Positions 1 through 9,276 of a stretch of DNA of 64,000 bases are shown piece by piece; within the stretch, counting starts at the first letter, position 1; every line of letters starts with the position of its first letter. The stretch is taken from the NCBI RefSeq assembly GCF_041929205.1, contig NZ_JBHFNT010000303.1. One strand, 5' to 3'. A model generated the notes under the pieces. The model worked only from the letters and a program-made list of their open reading frames with translations, was not told where the DNA came from and made no database searches. A program made the position numbers and the translations under genes. The DNA comes from Floridaenema evergladense BLCC-F167 (GTDB lineage: Bacteria; Cyanobacteriota; Cyanobacteriia; Cyanobacteriales; Aerosakkonemataceae).

Positions 1-182
1 TGATTGATTTGGACGTGGTGCCGCAGGTGTTGGATGAGGAGATGGTGTTGACGTTTTAAGCCCCATGATCCTACCTTTGCGAGGAATTCTTTACATTTCT
101 TTACATCGTGTCCTATTTTGCGCGTATCTCGGCTTTACCCCAAGGTGGCACTTAATTGAGGAAAGCATCGCCAGCCTGAAAA

Positions 183-200
183 TGTGCGCCATGGCGCACA
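183..200. repeat. 18-bp perfect palindrome TGTGCGCCATGGCGCACA (copy 1 of 3)
   Basis: Exact string match. The other copies are at 32415-32432 and 36972-36989. Confidence 0.8.
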
Positions 201-254
201 ATTCTACTGAGTTTCATAAATTACTCTCAAAGTTTAAGTAGAAAATCTTCATTG

Positions 255-758
255 TCAGACAACTACCTGCTGCCGTATCATCACCTGCTCTCGAATCGCA
301 GAAGCAGCTGCGGTGGCGATCGCCTCCCAATCCGATTCAGTTAGAATTGAGCGTAACAGAAAACGTAGTTCGGAACGCTCATTTTCCGATATCCTTGGCT
401 GTGCTGCTAGCTCTTGAGAGTACATTGCCAATAGTCGTTCTTGAACTTCTGGAGAAGGAGCGAGTAACCGCTGCAAAAGCAACTGTCTGCCACAATCTAC
501 TGCTGCTTCCATTCCTGCACCTAAATTCCAAGAAGCCAGTAGCTTAATAAACTCACTGATAATGACGGAACGCAACTCGAAGAAGTCAGCGAATCCAGAT
601 GGATTTTGGAGAAATTCTCCTAAGTTCGCTCCTAATTCAAAACCTGCTCCAATATCACATCCCGCCTCTTCCTCAATGCGAACTGCTTCCCTGACCCATT
701 CTTCATCCAGCATCAGTTGCATCAAATCAACCACTGTTTCTTCTGTTTGCTTTTCCAT
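255..758 (-). CDS. hypothetical protein (167 aa)
   Basis: Clean 167-aa ORF with no overlapping competitor. No motif I recognise. Acidic and Leu-rich. Confidence 0.3.
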   Translation of the reverse strand: MEKQTEETVVDLMQLMLDEEWVREAVRIEEEAGCDIGAGFELGANLGEFLQNPSGFADFFELRSVIISEFIKLLASWNLGAGMEAAVDCGRQLLLQRLLAPSPEVQERLLAMYSQELAAQPRISENERSELRFLLRSILTESDWEAIATAAASAIREQVMIRQQVVV

Positions 759-765
759 TTCTGTC

Positions 766-972
766 TTAGTTTAAGCTGCTTGTACCTTCACCATCTTTAG
801 TCCTTTTCAGTCGGTAGCGATATAGCGGTGAAGAGTGAATTTGTTCATCAAGTTGGGCAATTAAACTATCTAAAACTAAAATCTCTGCATCGGCTCTATT
901 GCAGATTTCCTTCATCTTGGCTGAAGTCTGCTTAACTGTTTCTAGATTGGGTAGCTTCGGTTCCTGAGTCAT
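766..972 (-). CDS. small hypothetical protein (68 aa)
   Basis: Short ORF co-directional with and immediately downstream of the 255-758 and 1037-2338 ORFs. No recognisable motif. Confidence 0.2.
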   Translation of the reverse strand: MTQEPKLPNLETVKQTSAKMKEICNRADAEILVLDSLIAQLDEQIHSSPLYRYRLKRTKDGEGTSSLN

Positions 973-1036
973 AGTAGGTTAATGGCAACTAGCATATCGT
1001 TATTGAAACGCTTGATTAATTCTTTGGTGAATGCGG

Positions 1037-2338
1037 CTATAGCATAGAAAGAGAGCGAATAACTTTTACTGCTTCACGAGTACTAATATCATTACGGCAT
1101 TCTTTAATTGGCTGGGAATTTCGTTCTCCATAGTAAGACTGGCGGACAAAACCTGCTCCTATAAAACGGTAGAAGGGGCCATTCCCCGCCCAGTCCATAT
1201 ACATATCCGCTTCTGGAAAATTTTGCCGCATTTCTGAATCTTGATAATGCCCGTAATACAGTGTCGTCTGACCAAAAAGCTGGGTATTCACTGTAATCTG
1301 ATTTTCTCGTTCAGGAATTCCCCCAATACCCCCGTATGTACCCTCAATTTTCTGCTCCAGCAAATAAGTTTTACGATATCTCTGTTTAGCCATTCGTCTA
1401 GCTTCTTTGGTTGTCCAAGGCTTAACAGGAAGCAAATCGGGTTGGACTTCTAATAAGTCTAAATAAGATCGATCGCCCGTCACTTCCCAGATTACCTGTG
1501 CTATAAATTTACAACAACTTAACGGTGCTTGCACTACCTGTTTTTCTGTGAACCGTACCACAATCCAACCCCACTCATTAAACAATTGATTGCGACGGAA
1601 ATCGCTATCTTCATCCCAGCAGTGTGTCGGTTTCAAAGACAAGCCAGCATAAGGCTCATCCACTTCCACATCAATACCAATACCTGAGATATTATGGACA
1701 ATAGTAAAGTCTGCCGAATAAGACTTCTTTGACATCGGAATCTTGAACTGAACACCCTGTACTGTGCTAGGAAAATAGCATTGTAAGTATCGCATAAATT
1801 CTTCTTCGCTCACCCCTTGCCGTGCTTGAGAATGACCGATTGGGTTAACTCGATTTGACATCAAATCTGATAGCAATTGACAACGTGATTTAAGATTAGT
1901 TAATAATTTTTGGGCTTTAATTTCAGGTGGATGCTCGGAAATTATCTGCTGTTTTTGATACGTTGCCAACTTTATTTGGTATTCGGACATTTGTTGTCGA
2001 TACTGCGAAAGCAGCTTAGTACGATAACTCAGTAAATATGTGTAAGCAGCTGCTATCAAACAAGAATAAGCACTGACAAGTAACAGCAATTCTATCCACG
2101 ACCAACCCCAAGAAACAGCCAGTAACGGAAGTGCGATCGCACCACCCAACCACAATAGCCAAATTAAACCAAACCATTCGACAGATGGCACTATTAATAA
2201 GTTCGGTAACTGTGGTTTTGTAACAGATGAAGAATTATCAGAAACAACTGTTATCTGATTGTCTCTAAACAAGTTTAAAGGATATTTACGGCAGAAATTT
2301 GTTACCGCTTCTGGATAAAACACCATCGGATAATTCAT
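1037..2338 (-). CDS. membrane-anchored protein with DUF559/Vsr-like PD-(D/E)xK nuclease-fold domain
   Basis: 433-aa ORF. The N-terminus has hydrophobic helices (WFGLIWLLWLGGAIALPLLAVSWGWSWIELLLLVSAY...). A coiled-coil linker follows. The central segment ADFTIVHNISGIGIDVEVDEPY...DSDFRRNQLFNEWGWIVVRFTEKQV fits the DUF559/Vsr pattern (DF...IEVDG..H....D..R...L...G..V.RF...V) as I remember it. A C-terminal domain of about 110 aa is unassigned. Confidence 0.45.
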   Translation of the reverse strand: MNYPMVFYPEAVTNFCRKYPLNLFRDNQITVVSDNSSSVTKPQLPNLLIVPSVEWFGLIWLLWLGGAIALPLLAVSWGWSWIELLLLVSAYSCLIAAAYTYLLSYRTKLLSQYRQQMSEYQIKLATYQKQQIISEHPPEIKAQKLLTNLKSRCQLLSDLMSNRVNPIGHSQARQGVSEEEFMRYLQCYFPSTVQGVQFKIPMSKKSYSADFTIVHNISGIGIDVEVDEPYAGLSLKPTHCWDEDSDFRRNQLFNEWGWIVVRFTEKQVVQAPLSCCKFIAQVIWEVTGDRSYLDLLEVQPDLLPVKPWTTKEARRMAKQRYRKTYLLEQKIEGTYGGIGGIPERENQITVNTQLFGQTTLYYGHYQDSEMRQNFPEADMYMDWAGNGPFYRFIGAGFVRQSYYGERNSQPIKECRNDISTREAVKVIRSLSML

Positions 2339-2569
2339 TTTCTTTTTTTTTTTGGTAGCGCTGTCGCGCTTTGTTGTAAAAAACTAGTAGAAATAAATGC
2401 CAAAACTTACTCAGAAAAAGCCTCAGTACCGAAAAGGCAATCGAGCCATCAACGAACCCTCTACAGTCAAACCAATTCCTATTGAACCTGATGAAGAAAC
2501 TGAAACAATCTTAGCTCGAATAGAAGCCGAACGCGATTACTATCACACTTGTACTAACAGTAAATACTG

Positions 2570-3208
2570 ATGAACTTAGCCACTCAATCTTTAGCTCATA
2601 CATCAATTACGGCAGCCCAACTTTGGCATCAATTAGAAATTGCCGAAACAACTGAAGAAATTGATCGCTTATTCCAATCAATTTGGCACAATCAAGAAAA
2701 ACAAGAAATTGCCATTGATGCTCATGCCGAACTTGCCAACCAAATTGATGCCGAAATTATAGCAATTAAAGCGAGAATGGAATTTCTAGTCCAATTGCAT
2801 CAAAGTGCGATCGATAAATTGGAAGGTTGGCGAGAGCGATTAGACCAAACTGTTATTTATTTTAATCAGATTGGAGCAATTACAGCCGAAATTGTTGGTA
2901 AACAGCATCGAATTACTGTCAAAGAAAACCCACCGACTTGTGAAGTATCTATCGACCCTTCTCAACTCCCAGACCAATATCGCCGTGTCGAAACTAAAAC
3001 CATAATTTCGGCTGACAAAAAGGCAATTACTGATGCTTGGAAGCAAGGAATACCTGTAGAAGGTACAAAAGTTTATCGTAGGCGTAAAGTAATTTATAGC
3101 TTACTACCAAGCAATTTACCTCAATACCAAGCTAGCACAATAGTCAATGTTGAACCATTAGAAAATCAGCCACAACCTACCAAAAAGCGACGTAAAAAAG
3201 CTGATTGA
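2570..3208 (+). CDS. Siphovirus Gp157-family protein
   Basis: 212 aa. An N-terminal coiled-coil is followed by ...HRITVKENPPTCEVSIDPSQLPDQYRRVETKTIISADKKAITDAWKQGIPVEGTKV. This matches the remembered Gp157 pattern (sv-K-PPsVeIiDe..IP.e...vpa.kqiDKkai...lKaG..vpGa.l). The gene ends in a basic KKRRKK tail. Confidence 0.5.
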   Translation: MNLATQSLAHTSITAAQLWHQLEIAETTEEIDRLFQSIWHNQEKQEIAIDAHAELANQIDAEIIAIKARMEFLVQLHQSAIDKLEGWRERLDQTVIYFNQIGAITAEIVGKQHRITVKENPPTCEVSIDPSQLPDQYRRVETKTIISADKKAITDAWKQGIPVEGTKVYRRRKVIYSLLPSNLPQYQASTIVNVEPLENQPQPTKKRRKKAD

Positions 3209-3259
3209 GCTAAAATAGGGGAGCAAAGGTATTATCCTTATTCCCCTATTTTTGGATAG

Positions 3260-3460
3260 CTAGAGATTAATCCAATAGTGAGGGTCATCCACTTGCTCAG
3301 GGGTAATATCAAACAGTTTTGATAATAGATGTTTCCTTTGTTTAAGGATGCTATCTTCCTCATATTCAGTCAAATCAGCAATTAAATTAACCTCCACATC
3401 CAAATCAAACAGAAATGTTGTTTCCCTTTTAATTGCATTTTCAGTACCAACTATTTTCAC
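3260..3460 (-). CDS. small hypothetical protein (66 aa)
   Basis: Isolated short ORF in an otherwise non-coding gap. No motif. Confidence 0.15.
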   Translation of the reverse strand: MKIVGTENAIKRETTFLFDLDVEVNLIADLTEYEEDSILKQRKHLLSKLFDITPEQVDDPHYWINL

Positions 3461-3537
3461 TATGCTTGCTCCATTTGATAATACGAAGTAGCTAACTTGG
3501 CCTTATGTTAGCACATTACTTGCTTTGCTTTTTTAGC

Positions 3538-3553
3538 CCCTCCAATTGGAGGG
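3538..3553. repeat. 16-bp perfect palindrome CCCTCCAATTGGAGGG (copy 1 of 3)
   Basis: Read directly from the sequence. It lies 85 bp upstream of the 3638 ORF start. Copies 2 and 3 are at 7123-7138 and 9277-9292. Confidence 0.8.
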
Positions 3554-3637
3554 TATAAAAATCATTCAAGAGCAGGTTTTATTTGCTTAACCTTAATTGT
3601 CACGCTCAGAAAACTTGTAGTTCATTCATTTTCAATC

Positions 3638-6600
3638 ATGAAAAAGATAGCGTTTTCTACTGCAACTTATCACTCTACTGAATTAGCGAAAGGAGAGGGT
3701 CTTAAAATCCCTGTATTTGATATGTCGCTGACCGACGGTAAAACGAAAGGTCGCTATCAAGCTGAACCGGAAGTGTTGAGAAACTCAATGCTTGAACTGC
3801 TATTTGAACCATCTGAATTGAAATCGCTTGTGATTGTTAAACCCGACCCCGATGATAACAGTCACGACCCTCTCAAAAATATTGATTTTGGTGATGATAT
3901 TCCTAGAAGAGCTGCTTTCAGTTCTGGTAAAAATGTCTACTTTGCCGACCAACAACTTTCAACTAAACTATTAAGTATCTTTGCCACTCAACCCGACCAC
4001 GCCTGTCGTTATGGCTCTCTACTAGTCAGCAGTTGTACTCAAGGAGCGCAACTTTTAGATAGTTCCGCAGATGGTCAAGCATTGAAAGTTAAAATTGTTG
4101 ACTCTCAAAGCGATAATCCCAAAAAAAAAGCGTTAGCTAAAAAATGGCAAACTGGAGACTGTCATGGCAAAATCTCACCCGCTTTAGCTCAACAACTTGG
4201 AGGAATTCATAACCGACCTTTCCAATTTCGTATGGCATGGATGAAACAGTGGTCGCAGGAAGATTGTCCAACTCCAGAGATTAGCTTCTTAGCTAAAGGA
4301 ACCTTGCTACCTGATGCTCAATTAACTGATAATTCCGGCTATGATATCATTTTAGACCGCTCTTCTATCAAAGGAGTTGCTCGCGACCAACTTGCTTCTT
4401 TAATTCCTTGCGGTGATTACGAATTTCCCCAAATTGTTTTAGGAAATCGTGGTAATGCTAAAACAACCGAGTACGAAAATTCTTGGCAATTCTCGATTTG
4501 GTACTCAGAATCAGCCATTGAAGCTGACATCGTTCCTGCTACTAAAGCCGAGGCTCAAAAATTAGCAAGTTTACAAAATAATCGCATACAACTTGCTAAA
4601 TACTTAGTTGAACAACATGACAAAAAAGCAGCTTTCCGACAGACCACAGATGACACAGAAACCTCATTAAACGAACTAAGCGACGAGCAAACTAAACGCC
4701 ACGAATCTCGCCTTATCTCTATTCTCAGAAATGACAAATTGGGTCAATTACTAGACTTTCCCAAAGTTGTTGACTTCATGCAAGAACAACTTGCTAGAAA
4801 ATGGAAAGATTTAGCTATCAAAGGTGCCATTCATCATGGTTCCGCAATGGCTCAACCTGGTGAAGATTTGTTACCAGGAACGATTGTTGCACCTCATTTA
4901 CGACATGGAACGGAAGTTATCGTTACTCGCTACCCAATTGTTAGTAAAGACAACATTCGTCGCTACACAGTTAACAACAAACAAAAACCCGAACTCATGC
5001 AGTACAAAGGCTGTGTCTTCATTCGTCCCGACCAAGCTATGCAGCATCACCAATGCGATTTTGATGGCGACCAATTGGTAATTACACCTGCTTCCAGACT
5101 ACCTCACATTGCCAAAGAAACCCTTCATGCTAATGATGAAAATCAATACGAAGCTATCGAAAAACGCCCGAAAATTGATTACACTCAAGCTACTGACGAA
5201 GATGGTAAGCGTAAGTATACCAAACTCAGACAGATTGCTGTAGCGATCGCTAAAAACAAAATCGGCTGGGTAGCCACTTTGATTGGACGAGTACAATCTT
5301 CTGCACCAGAAGCAGGACAACCAGAGGCTTTATTCAATCAACGGAAACAGAAACTACTGGGTAAGTTATTCGATGCACTTCAAATCGAAGTCGATAGCCC
5401 TAAAAGTGCTACTAGGCTAGAAGACCACCATCCTAATCTACTAGAAACAGCTTCCAAGTGGTCTCAACAACATCCTTGCCACCTGTTCGATTTTAAAGAC
5501 GACCTCAGACTTTACAAAAGCGTACCGCTACCTACAGAAGATGGTACAGCAATTAGCGCGATCGCAAAAGTTGCTGTCAATCCAGCTTGGGAACCGACTC
5601 GTCTCAAGAGTCGCCATCGTGATGAATTTCGTTACCTTTTTAGTCCACCATCAGATTTAGACGAACGAGAAACTTGGGAGAAACATTACATAAATTGGGC
5701 GCAAGATGTCAAAGAACGTTATCGAGAAAGGATGGGCGAAATCTATGAGTTACATGGTGATAATCCTAGCAATTTAAAAGAGGCGGTTAGCAAATTGTAT
5801 GAGAGTTTGAGAAGCGATGTTGCAGAAACTTTTCCCAATCTAAGAGAACGCTTTTTAGCAGCCAGTGCGATGTGGCATTTAGAAACTACCAATCCTAATT
5901 TAGACGTTCCACGTAAAGCTGGTAAAGAACTTTCTCGCCAGCTTGAGATTGAATTTCATCTAGAATCGGATTACCAACAATTACACTCAGCATTACCTAA
6001 AGATACCTACATTCTTAGCGTTCCCTTTGAGGAATTTGTCAAAGACGATAAAGGTAAAATTGTCACAGACAAGCAACGAAAACCAGTCGTTCAAGATTTA
6101 GCTAAACAGTGGAAAGAGAGGCTAGATAGCAAAAACATTCAATACGAAGCTACATTGCATCCTAGTTTACCGATGGTCAACTTTGCTTTACTTGACCCTA
6201 GCGATAAGTTAATCGAAATTCTGGAAAAACGGTGTGGTAATAACATAAATGACATCGATAACTTGGACTTAACTTACCGTGATGGTTTAGGTCGGATTCA
6301 AGATATTAGTTCGCGGATTGTTGCACCTACCGAGTATACCTGGCTGGAGTCTCAACATCAAACACCTAAAGCAGCATTAGTGCTTAACTTGTTTACAGAT
6401 GAAATCTGTCAGCAATTACAAAACTTTCAATTTGACCGCGCCGAATTGATTGGACAGAAACACAATGATTGCAAAGATATTGATTTTAGCAATCGAGAAT
6501 GGAAAGGTCGAAAATTAACTTTTTCAGTTGGTTCCTTTAAGAGTTCTGACTTAAGGTATAACGGTAGTCCTATCGTCCTTCTTGATGGGAAACAATTAGC

Positions 6601-7090
6601 AATGTTTTCCGCTAATTCGCCAAAACTACCAATTGATGCTACCTTCGAGGCGACTATTGAACCTTCCTCAAAAGGCAGTAGCTTGCTGTTGAATATCGAC
6701 CCCAAATCCGTACAATTAATGCAGACAGTTGAACCAGAAATCCCAAATGAAGTAACTGCTAATGACGTAAAAAATGAGCAGGGTCAACTAGATTCTTTGG
6801 GTTTTTCGCAATTACTTAAAGAGGCGATTTACGACCTTTACAAACAAACCGGAGAAACTGAGTTTGTCATGGGTGATTGGAGCGTGAAAATTAGGAAAGT
6901 TCGTAACAATCTTAGATGTTGGGTTAACGATAAAAATGATAGTTCCGTTTTTGCGGCTGATTTGAAAACTGGCAGAATTATTAAGGAACTTTCACCAAGC
7001 AACTGCGATAAATTACTGGCACAAGTTTTTGAACCTACTCTCGAACCTAACAAACCAGAAACACCAGAAATGGCACAATCACAAGTTTAA
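3638..7090 (+). CDS. RdRP-like (eukaryotic-type cellular RNA-dependent RNA polymerase / two-barrel RNAP family) protein
   Basis: 1150-aa ORF. Four collinear motifs match the RDR/QDE-1 family as I recall it: GDCHGKIS (aa ~173-180), FQFRMAWMKQ (~195-204, cf. FQIRYGGYKG), VIVTRYPIVSKDNIRRYTV (~426-444, cf. V.VT+NPClHPGD+RvL.AV) and CVFIRPDQ..QCDFDGDQLVITP (~459-483). The DFDGD is encoded at nt 5057-5071 (cf. SGSDLDGDxYFV and RNAP beta-prime NADFDGDQM). A C-terminal half of about 650 aa is unassigned. Confidence 0.55.
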   Translation: MKKIAFSTATYHSTELAKGEGLKIPVFDMSLTDGKTKGRYQAEPEVLRNSMLELLFEPSELKSLVIVKPDPDDNSHDPLKNIDFGDDIPRRAAFSSGKNVYFADQQLSTKLLSIFATQPDHACRYGSLLVSSCTQGAQLLDSSADGQALKVKIVDSQSDNPKKKALAKKWQTGDCHGKISPALAQQLGGIHNRPFQFRMAWMKQWSQEDCPTPEISFLAKGTLLPDAQLTDNSGYDIILDRSSIKGVARDQLASLIPCGDYEFPQIVLGNRGNAKTTEYENSWQFSIWYSESAIEADIVPATKAEAQKLASLQNNRIQLAKYLVEQHDKKAAFRQTTDDTETSLNELSDEQTKRHESRLISILRNDKLGQLLDFPKVVDFMQEQLARKWKDLAIKGAIHHGSAMAQPGEDLLPGTIVAPHLRHGTEVIVTRYPIVSKDNIRRYTVNNKQKPELMQYKGCVFIRPDQAMQHHQCDFDGDQLVITPASRLPHIAKETLHANDENQYEAIEKRPKIDYTQATDEDGKRKYTKLRQIAVAIAKNKIGWVATLIGRVQSSAPEAGQPEALFNQRKQKLLGKLFDALQIEVDSPKSATRLEDHHPNLLETASKWSQQHPCHLFDFKDDLRLYKSVPLPTEDGTAISAIAKVAVNPAWEPTRLKSRHRDEFRYLFSPPSDLDERETWEKHYINWAQDVKERYRERMGEIYELHGDNPSNLKEAVSKLYESLRSDVAETFPNLRERFLAASAMWHLETTNPNLDVPRKAGKELSRQLEIEFHLESDYQQLHSALPKDTYILSVPFEEFVKDDKGKIVTDKQRKPVVQDLAKQWKERLDSKNIQYEATLHPSLPMVNFALLDPSDKLIEILEKRCGNNINDIDNLDLTYRDGLGRIQDISSRIVAPTEYTWLESQHQTPKAALVLNLFTDEICQQLQNFQFDRAELIGQKHNDCKDIDFSNREWKGRKLTFSVGSFKSSDLRYNGSPIVLLDGKQLAMFSANSPKLPIDATFEATIEPSSKGSSLLLNIDPKSVQLMQTVEPEIPNEVTANDVKNEQGQLDSLGFSQLLKEAIYDLYKQTGETEFVMGDWSVKIRKVRNNLRCWVNDKNDSSVFAADLKTGRIIKELSPSNCDKLLAQVFEPTLEPNKPETPEMAQSQV

Positions 7091-7122
7091 CCACAGCGAT
7101 AAAAAGCTTTCAAAACTAAACT

Positions 7123-7138
7123 CCCTCCAATTGGAGGG
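7123..7138. terminator. palindrome CCCTCCAATTGGAGGG (copy 2), likely intrinsic terminator
   Basis: It lies 33 bp after the stop of the 3638-7090 ORF. The GC stem is followed by the T-run GGGGGTTATTTTTCT. Confidence 0.5.
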
Positions 7139-7168
7139 GGTTATTTTTCTGGTGAGAAACTACCTAAT

Positions 7169-9268
7169 ATGAGGAAGTCTTTAAACAACATCTCAAATTT
7201 CATAGAAAATATCTGTTTCAATTTTTTTATTATGGTGACAAAAACAGCATCAAATCGAAACCGCAGCCAAGGTAATTACATTACCCCTCATACACCCGAA
7301 GGTACAAAGATTTTAAATTACCTGAGAAATCGTTGTGAAAAAGCTTTGAATTATTGTTTGTCAAATGGATTAAAAAGTGTAGACGATTTTGCTGATGCAG
7401 TTGAAGAACTAACTGAAGCTGATGGTAAACCAAGTATTAGTGTAGAAATCAAGCACAACGGAATCGTTCTTAGCTTAACTGACCGACCTGAGTACGGCTC
7501 TACTACAGGTAAATATATGATGGAACATTTGGGTGAATCAGACGATAACCGATTTACCAAAACCGGAATTGAAGCAATTCTTAATCCTCAGAAAAGCCGT
7601 CGTCAACAACCAGATGATTTATTAAATGGTTTAGATGACGATGAACCGCAACCTTTATCTAAATCTAAGCACAATAGTAAAGTTCATCATCGGGATATTC
7701 CAGACTTAGGTGAAGATGCACCATTGACTAAAACCCAAAGACAGAGGAAAGTTAACAGCAATGATTCAGAGGAATTAACGTTAGAAAAAGTTCAACCAAA
7801 ATCTAAAAGTAAGAGCCAATCTCGAACCGATGAATTAGATGACTTATTAGACGAATTAGATGGAAATGAACCATTATCTAAAACTAGAAATCAACCTCAA
7901 AAGTACGAAGTAAAATCAAATCAAACTAGCAGACAATCAGTTCCTCAATCATCAAATAACTTAGATATTGATACCATACTCGATGTTACTTCCCAGGTTA
8001 GTAGTCGAGCCGCCACTTCTGGAAGTGAAGTAGATGGTACAACTGTTGGTGGACTTAGCACTCAATTTGCAGTACTCACTACTTTGATTAGCAAAAAAGC
8101 AGCCGCACAAGTTTTTGAAGCAGCTAAAGCTATAGGAAGAGAACGTCAGGTTAGTAATATTATCAAAAGACTTAAAGCACAAAGTCAACGTGCTGACTCC
8201 TTATCTTCACGAGTTAAAAGCTTGACCCAAGAAGAATCAGATGAATCAGATGAATTAGAAACATCACCAGATGAACCCATAATAATTGAGGAATCCTCGT
8301 CAGAAGAAGAGGTAGAATCTGTATCAAATCCTGGGGTTATTTTGGCTGAAGCTGTTAACAAAATCAGCGATACAATCGATAAAACTTCCCTCACCTTAGC
8401 ACCAGATACTTTAGAGAAATCTGAACCTATTAAAATTGACACCAACGCTAGTTTTGATAAACAACTTGCACAAATTAATCAGGCTCTCGACCGACTAGAA
8501 AAGCGTCTCGATACTCTAGAAGCACGAATTGAAGCTTTAGAACAAAAACTTTCTACTACTGAAACTGAAATAAATGAACCAGTGGTTGAACCTGATAATG
8601 ATTTGAATTCAAACAACAGCAAACCGTCTCCATTAAAACCGATAAATATGGACAATTCCAGCAATAAAAAAGTGTCTGACTCATCACAAATCGCTTCCTT
8701 ATTAGCACAAGTTTATAACTTAGTTGAAGAAGAAGCAGTAGTAGCAGGTGAAACCCTAGAAAATGGAGTTGAATTAGGTGCTACCAAACTTTATCAGACT
8801 CGCCAGCGCAATTCTGTATCTGTGAAATTAGAAAATCAACAGGGTGAAGAGTTGTTCCGAGCAACTTGTTCCCAAGGTCAATGGAAAGTCATTAATGATT
8901 TCTTGAGCCAAGAAGACAAACAGGAAATCGCTCGCTTAGACATTTTACAACAAACAATTCATCAAGAAACATTAGCTGAAGTGTTAGGGAAAAGCGGTTT
9001 AACCCAAATGAACTTTACCGACTTGCAAGGTCGTCGTCTCGACTTTGAAATTGAGTTTAACGATAGGTCTAAGTCCTCTGCTTTTATCCAAGGCTTTAAC
9101 GAACACGATGAAGTAGTTTTTGACGCAACTATTGCTAAAGGTAAAGTTGAAGTACTTCAATGTGATATCCCTATTGAAGATGTAAAATATCTGCTTTCTC
9201 AAAAGCAACAGAATTCTCATCTCGCAGCACAAAAAAATCAAGAAAGTGAGTCCGAAATGGAAGCTTAA
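7169..9268 (+). CDS. acidic tandem-repeat / coiled-coil protein (699 aa)
   Basis: Long ORF, very D/E/S-rich. It has internal repeats (DDLLNGLDDDEPQPLSKSKHNSK / DELDDLLDELDGNEPLSKTRNQPQK). A heptad coiled coil (LEKRLDTLEARIEALEQKL) is present. The C-terminal ~180 aa are non-repetitive and look globular. Confidence 0.5.
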   Translation: MRKSLNNISNFIENICFNFFIMVTKTASNRNRSQGNYITPHTPEGTKILNYLRNRCEKALNYCLSNGLKSVDDFADAVEELTEADGKPSISVEIKHNGIVLSLTDRPEYGSTTGKYMMEHLGESDDNRFTKTGIEAILNPQKSRRQQPDDLLNGLDDDEPQPLSKSKHNSKVHHRDIPDLGEDAPLTKTQRQRKVNSNDSEELTLEKVQPKSKSKSQSRTDELDDLLDELDGNEPLSKTRNQPQKYEVKSNQTSRQSVPQSSNNLDIDTILDVTSQVSSRAATSGSEVDGTTVGGLSTQFAVLTTLISKKAAAQVFEAAKAIGRERQVSNIIKRLKAQSQRADSLSSRVKSLTQEESDESDELETSPDEPIIIEESSSEEEVESVSNPGVILAEAVNKISDTIDKTSLTLAPDTLEKSEPIKIDTNASFDKQLAQINQALDRLEKRLDTLEARIEALEQKLSTTETEINEPVVEPDNDLNSNNSKPSPLKPINMDNSSNKKVSDSSQIASLLAQVYNLVEEEAVVAGETLENGVELGATKLYQTRQRNSVSVKLENQQGEELFRATCSQGQWKVINDFLSQEDKQEIARLDILQQTIHQETLAEVLGKSGLTQMNFTDLQGRRLDFEIEFNDRSKSSAFIQGFNEHDEVVFDATIAKGKVEVLQCDIPIEDVKYLLSQKQQNSHLAAQKNQESESEMEA

Positions 9269-9276
9269 AATGTTTC

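Noticed and set aside
1-59. Partial plus-strand ORF ending at 57-59 (…DLDVVPQVLDEEMVLTF*).
   Set aside because: It is too short and truncated by the window edge to call.
3638-7090. Considered whether the 1150-aa ORF is the missing conjugative relaxase.
   Set aside because: No MOB relaxase signatures (3-His HxH cluster plus catalytic Tyr near the N-terminus) are visible. The motif set instead matches the RdRP/two-barrel RNAP family.
4555-9241. Many short ORFs antisense to or nested in the RdRP-like and acidic genes (4555-4737, 4824-5081, 5099-5320, 6427-6705, 6838-7053, 7351-7560, 7961-8664, 8999-9241).
   Set aside because: Each is embedded in a long ORF that has clear domain signal or consistent composition. 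They are typical shadow ORFs.
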